Assembly: GCA_035640755.1 (NCBI GenBank)
Contig: DASQVN010000108.1
Span: 1 to 54,045, forward strand
DNA length: 54,045 nucleotides
Origin: Rhodopila sp.
GTDB taxonomy: Bacteria; Pseudomonadota; Alphaproteobacteria; Acetobacterales; Acetobacteraceae
Direction of reading: 5' to 3'
This document shows, one piece after another, positions 50,215-54,045 of the stretch. The notes beneath the pieces are model-generated. The model saw only the letters and a list, made by a program, of their open reading frames with translations. It searched no databases and was not told the origin of the DNA. How positions within the stretch are numbered: the first letter of the stretch is position 1; each line of letters opens with the position of its first letter. The translations under genes and the position numbers were made by a program.

Positions 50215-52268
50215 GCGACGAAGTCCTTCGCGACCTTGCACGTCGTGCGGGCATATCAGTCGAATGGCAGGATTTTGCCGGTAATCCTCGGACCGTTTCA
50301 CCGCCCGTGCTGCGCCGGGTCCTCGCCGCGTTGGGCCTGCCGGCCGACACCAGCCGTGAACTGTCCGCCAGCCGCCGATTGCTCACGCGGCGCAGCAGCC
50401 TGTCCGATCTGCAGCCGATGGTAACCGCGGTGGCCGGACGCCCAACACGCCTGGACGTTGGCGGCAATGAGGCGGTACCCGCAAAACTGCACCTCGAACG
50501 AGGCGGTATTCGTGATCTGTCGCTATTGCCAGCTCGTGGCCGGCTGCGGGTACCTGCAATCCCCGAAACGGGCTACCATCGGCTCGCTATCGAGGAGCGG
50601 GAAATCGTCCTTGCCGTGTCGCCAGCACGCTGCCGCTCGATCGAAGATGTTGTACCAGACGCTCGCCTTTGGGGTCTCGTCGCGCAGCTCTATGCGCTCC
50701 GACATGAACGCGACCTCGGTATCGGCGACTTGGCCGGTGCTGCCACGCTTGCACGGTCCGCCGGCGAGAAGGGCGCAGATGCGCTTGCTCTCAGCCCAAT
50801 GCACGCGTTGTTTGCGGCCGACCCTGACCATTTTGGTCCCTATTCCCCATCGAGCCGACTGTTTCTCAATCCCCTGCATGCTGCGCCTGAATTGGTTTTC
50901 AATCCTGCAGACTACCCCATTCTAACACAGATCCCGCCTAATACCGGCAATTCATTAATCGATTGGCCAGCATCCTCTCGCGCCAAGTACGAGATGTTGC
51001 GCGCTCTCTTTGACACTTTTTTGGAGAGCCCGGATTGGGACGGCGCTCTCGGTGCCGACTTCGCACGGTTTCGGGCAGAATGTGGCCAGTTGCTGTTCGA
51101 GCATGCCTGTTTCGAGGCGCTGCACGCGGCCCGTACGCCCAGGACCAGTTGGCGGCAGTGGCCTGTTGACCTGCGCGACCCGCGCGGCCCTGGCGTGGCC
51201 TGCTTCGCGTCCGCAAACGCGGACGAGATCCTGTTTCATCAGTTCCTGCAATGGATCACGGATCGATCGCTCGCCATGGCCCAGTTCCAGGCACGGGAGG
51301 CAGGAATGCGCGTCGGCCTGATTGGCGATCTCGCAGTCGGCACGGACCCGTCCGGCAGCCATGCCTGGAGTCGGCAGCAGGATATCTTACTTGGTCTGAC
51401 GATCGGAGCGCCGCCGGACCTGCTGAACCCGAGCGGCCAGGATTGGGGCCTGACCAGCTTTTCACCTCGAGCCATGGAAGAGAACGGCTTCTCCCCGTTC
51501 CTTGCAACGCTGCGGGCCGCTATGCGCCATATCGGTGGAATTCGGGTCGATCACGCGATGAGTCTCGCCCGACTGTGGTTGATACCCGAAGGCGCCTCAC
51601 CGGCCGAGGGAGCCTATCTGAACTTCCCGGTGACCGATTTGCTGCGGCTGCTTGCACTGGAATCGGTGCGTCACAATGTAGTCGTCATTGGGGAAGATCT
51701 TGGTACCGTACCCGAGGGCTTTCACGACATGCTCGAACAGAGCGGGATTCATGGCATGCGCGTCCTCTGGTTTGAACGCGATGCGCAGGCAGGATTTACT
51801 CAGCCACGCAGTTGGGGCAGTACGGATGTTGCCATGACCTCTACCCATGACCTGCCGACGGTGGCCGGATGGTGGAAAGGCAGCGACATTGATGCTCGTT
51901 ACCATGCCGGCCGGCTAGGACAAGGCGTCGACCCCGAAACAGCCAGGCAGGAACGTGACCGTGATCGGCCAAGGCTCTGGAGCGCATTCGTTCGCGATCA
52001 CGTCAGTGATGGGCCAGTTCCACCTCCGGATCAGACCGAACCGGTCGTGGATGCTGCCCTGCGGTTTGTTGCCCGGACGGAAGTTCCCCTGTCGCTCATT
52101 CCGCTGGAGGACCTACTCGGGTCCGAAGAGCAGCCAAACTTGCCGGGCACGATCAATGAGCATCCGAACTGGCGGCGACGCCTTCCCGTTTCGGCCGATA
52201 GCGTGCTGGAGCAGCAACCGGTTGCGCGCCGTATCGAACTCATTGCCACTGAAAGACCGCGCCAGTGA
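50211..52268 (+). CDS. malQ: 4-alpha-glucanotransferase (GH77)
   Basis: PYSPSSRLF, DLAVG, GAPPD...GQDWG, RVDH, GEDLG, THDLPT, NLPGT...PNW. Confidence 0.96.
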   Translation: MSDEVLRDLARRAGISVEWQDFAGNPRTVSPPVLRRVLAALGLPADTSRELSASRRLLTRRSSLSDLQPMVTAVAGRPTRLDVGGNEAVPAKLHLERGGIRDLSLLPARGRLRVPAIPETGYHRLAIEEREIVLAVSPARCRSIEDVVPDARLWGLVAQLYALRHERDLGIGDLAGAATLARSAGEKGADALALSPMHALFAADPDHFGPYSPSSRLFLNPLHAAPELVFNPADYPILTQIPPNTGNSLIDWPASSRAKYEMLRALFDTFLESPDWDGALGADFARFRAECGQLLFEHACFEALHAARTPRTSWRQWPVDLRDPRGPGVACFASANADEILFHQFLQWITDRSLAMAQFQAREAGMRVGLIGDLAVGTDPSGSHAWSRQQDILLGLTIGAPPDLLNPSGQDWGLTSFSPRAMEENGFSPFLATLRAAMRHIGGIRVDHAMSLARLWLIPEGASPAEGAYLNFPVTDLLRLLALESVRHNVVVIGEDLGTVPEGFHDMLEQSGIHGMRVLWFERDAQAGFTQPRSWGSTDVAMTSTHDLPTVAGWWKGSDIDARYHAGRLGQGVDPETARQERDRDRPRLWSAFVRDHVSDGPVPPPDQTEPVVDAALRFVARTEVPLSLIPLEDLLGSEEQPNLPGTINEHPNWRRRLPVSADSVLEQQPVARRIELIATERPRQ

Positions 52269-54045
52269 TTCATGCCCGCCCTCGTGCGACGCTGCGTCTT
52301 CAATTCCACAAGGATTTTGCCTTCGGTGATGCTGAGAAGCTCATCCCTTACATTACGAGGCTGGGGATCAGCCATGTTTATGCCTCGCCTATTTTGACCG
52401 CGCGTCCAGGATCGTTGCACGGCTACGATGTCGTAGACCCGACGACAGTAAACCAGGAGCTGGGGGGGGAGGATGGATTTCGCCGGTTCGTGGCCAGCTT
52501 GCGTCGGGCGGAATTGGGTCTGATTGTCGACATCGTCCCAAATCACATGGCGGTCGGCGGATCGGAAAACCTCTGGTGGGCCGATGTACTTCGCCATGGT
52601 CGCAAAAGTCGTTATTCGACGTTCTTCGACATAGACTGGGATGCATCGGATCCAATGTTGCGGGACAAGGTCTTGGCACCATTCCTGGGTCGACCTTACG
52701 GAGAAGCATTAGACGCCGGCGAGATAAAGCTGAGCAAGGCGCCAACCGGCGAACCGGCAGTTGATTACTTCGGAAGTATATTTCCCATCAACCCTTCAGA
52801 ATTCACATACATTGAAGAAAGCGGATGGGAATCCTTCGATCCGCGAAATCAGTCAGGTCGGACCTTGCTGCACGAATTGCTGGAGCGGCAGCATTATCGG
52901 CTTGCCTGGTGGGGAGTCGCCGGCGACGAGATCAATTGGCGTCGCTTCTTCGACATCAATGGATTGGCTGGCTTGCGGATGGAAGTGCCTGAAGTATTTG
53001 AAGAAACACATGCAACGCTCTTTCGGCTCTATGCTGAAGGATTGATCGACGGTTTCCGCATCGATCATGTGGATGGACTTTCCGATCCTGGTGATTACTG
53101 TCGTCGACTGAGACAGCGGCTAAGCGAGTTTGCTCCCTTCCGCCCGGCATCCGCAGCACGAGGCAGACCTTACATCATCGTGGAGAAGATACTTGGCAAC
53201 GGCGAGAGCCTTCCCGAGGACTGGAGCGTTGATGGCACGAGCGGCTATGACTTCATGAATGAGGTAAGCGCGCTCCAGCATGACGTGTCGAGCCAGGCGA
53301 CATTGGAGGCGCTGTGGCATGACATCACAGGCCGAAGCGCGACGTTCGAGTCAGAGGAAATCACCGCCCGCAAGGAGATTCTCGACAGCAATTTTCACGC
53401 GCAACTCAAGTCGGTTGCGTCAGCGCTGCATGGCATCGCGCGAGCCGATATTCATACGCGAGACACATCATTGGCAGCCATCCAACGCGGCCTGACACAG
53501 CTGCTGGCCCATTTCCCGATTTACCGAACCTACAATGCTGGTCAGAAGCGCTCAGCCAGTGATGAACAGGCTGTCCGGATGGCACTGGACAAAGCACGGG
53601 CCTCGACTTCCGTTCCGGTCCGCACCGTCCTGTATCACCTGGACCGGTGGCTTGGTGGTCAAGGCAATCCCGCTTACAAAGTTGCACAAACACGCTTTCA
53701 ACAGCTCAGCGCACCTGTATCCGCCAAAGCCGTCGAGGATACTGCATTCTATCGATATGGTCGCCTGCTGTCCCGCAACGATGTCGGTTTTGATGCCGCT
53801 CGGCTTGGAGGATCCATCGAGGAGTTTCATCAGGCCTGCCAACATCGGCTCAAGATGTTTCCGGACGCTATGCTGGCCACTGCGACGCATGACCACAAGC
53901 GTGGCGAGGACTTGCGCGCACGCTTGGCCGTTCTGAGCGAATTGCCTGAGGAATGGTTACGGCTGGTCTCCGCATGCCGAGCGCTGAATGAAGCCGAACG
54001 GCCAGATCCGACCGATGAGTTGATGCTGTACCAGACGATCGTCGG
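52265..54045 (+). CDS. treY: Malto-oligosyltrehalose synthase, 3' truncated by window edge
   Basis: Not in the ORF track because it has no stop. Read from the GTG overlapping the malQ stop: PRATLRLQFH...GISHVYASP...GSLHGYDV...DIVPNHM; later INWRRFFDI, FRIDHVDG, VEKIL, ATHDHKR. Confidence 0.95.
   Translation, partial: MIHARPRATLRLQFHKDFAFGDAEKLIPYITRLGISHVYASPILTARPGSLHGYDVVDPTTVNQELGGEDGFRRFVASLRRAELGLIVDIVPNHMAVGGSENLWWADVLRHGRKSRYSTFFDIDWDASDPMLRDKVLAPFLGRPYGEALDAGEIKLSKAPTGEPAVDYFGSIFPINPSEFTYIEESGWESFDPRNQSGRTLLHELLERQHYRLAWWGVAGDEINWRRFFDINGLAGLRMEVPEVFEETHATLFRLYAEGLIDGFRIDHVDGLSDPGDYCRRLRQRLSEFAPFRPASAARGRPYIIVEKILGNGESLPEDWSVDGTSGYDFMNEVSALQHDVSSQATLEALWHDITGRSATFESEEITARKEILDSNFHAQLKSVASALHGIARADIHTRDTSLAAIQRGLTQLLAHFPIYRTYNAGQKRSASDEQAVRMALDKARASTSVPVRTVLYHLDRWLGGQGNPAYKVAQTRFQQLSAPVSAKAVEDTAFYRYGRLLSRNDVGFDAARLGGSIEEFHQACQHRLKMFPDAMLATATHDHKRGEDLRARLAVLSELPEEWLRLVSACRALNEAERPDPTDELMLYQTIV

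Noticed and set aside
50265-50273. TGGCAGGAT resembling the start of a T-DNA border
   Set aside because: Only 9 bp match, the rest of the 25-bp border is absent, and it lies inside malQ coding sequence
52462-52469. G8 tract in treY as a phase-variation site
   Set aside because: In frame, encodes the conserved ELGGE motif, and is short for a GC-rich genome
1-54045. CRISPR arrays, rRNA, tRNA, prophage or defence-system genes
   Set aside because: No regularly spaced repeats, RNA gene signatures or such protein motifs were seen by eye; short ncRNAs could be missed without a covariance search
52269-54045. Apparent gene-poor or fragmented region in the ORF track
   Set aside because: Artefact: treY runs off the window without a stop, so it was not listed

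Overview
A GC-rich alphaproteobacterial chromosomal segment. The gene content suggests Acetobacteraceae/Rhodospirillales, which is an inference. (1) 1-11.6 kb is an accessory signalling region. It holds a single-domain response regulator, a wHTH-STAND ATPase-helical-repeat regulator and an IS110/IS1111 left-end remnant. It also holds a probable operon of FAD oxidoreductase, VirG-like regulator, atypical di-heme cytochrome c peroxidase-family protein, VirA-like hybrid kinase and MmcQ/YjbR, preceded by vir-box-like motifs. (2) 11.6-19.9 kb is a catabolic cluster: orphan solute-binding protein, Baeyer-Villiger monooxygenase, two SDRs, a ThDP enzyme and a decayed flavin monooxygenase. (3) 20-25.3 kb is an ABC transporter operon with rutA embedded in it. 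(4) 25.4-39.4 kb is mostly housekeeping: HPF-CSD, an EctD-like dioxygenase, hbd-etfAB, MscS, MctP, hemW, GNAT, Lrp, a ThDP enzyme and a His-rich MucR. (5) 39.5-54 kb is a glgE-treS/mak-glgB-treZ-malQ-treY alpha-glucan/trehalose cluster with EcfG-type stress promoters. The best candidate for a poorly described system is the VirG/heme-protein/VirA module, which has no T-DNA or T4SS genes in the window. I saw no rRNA, tRNA or CRISPR array. All family calls are by eye from remembered motifs; no searches were run.
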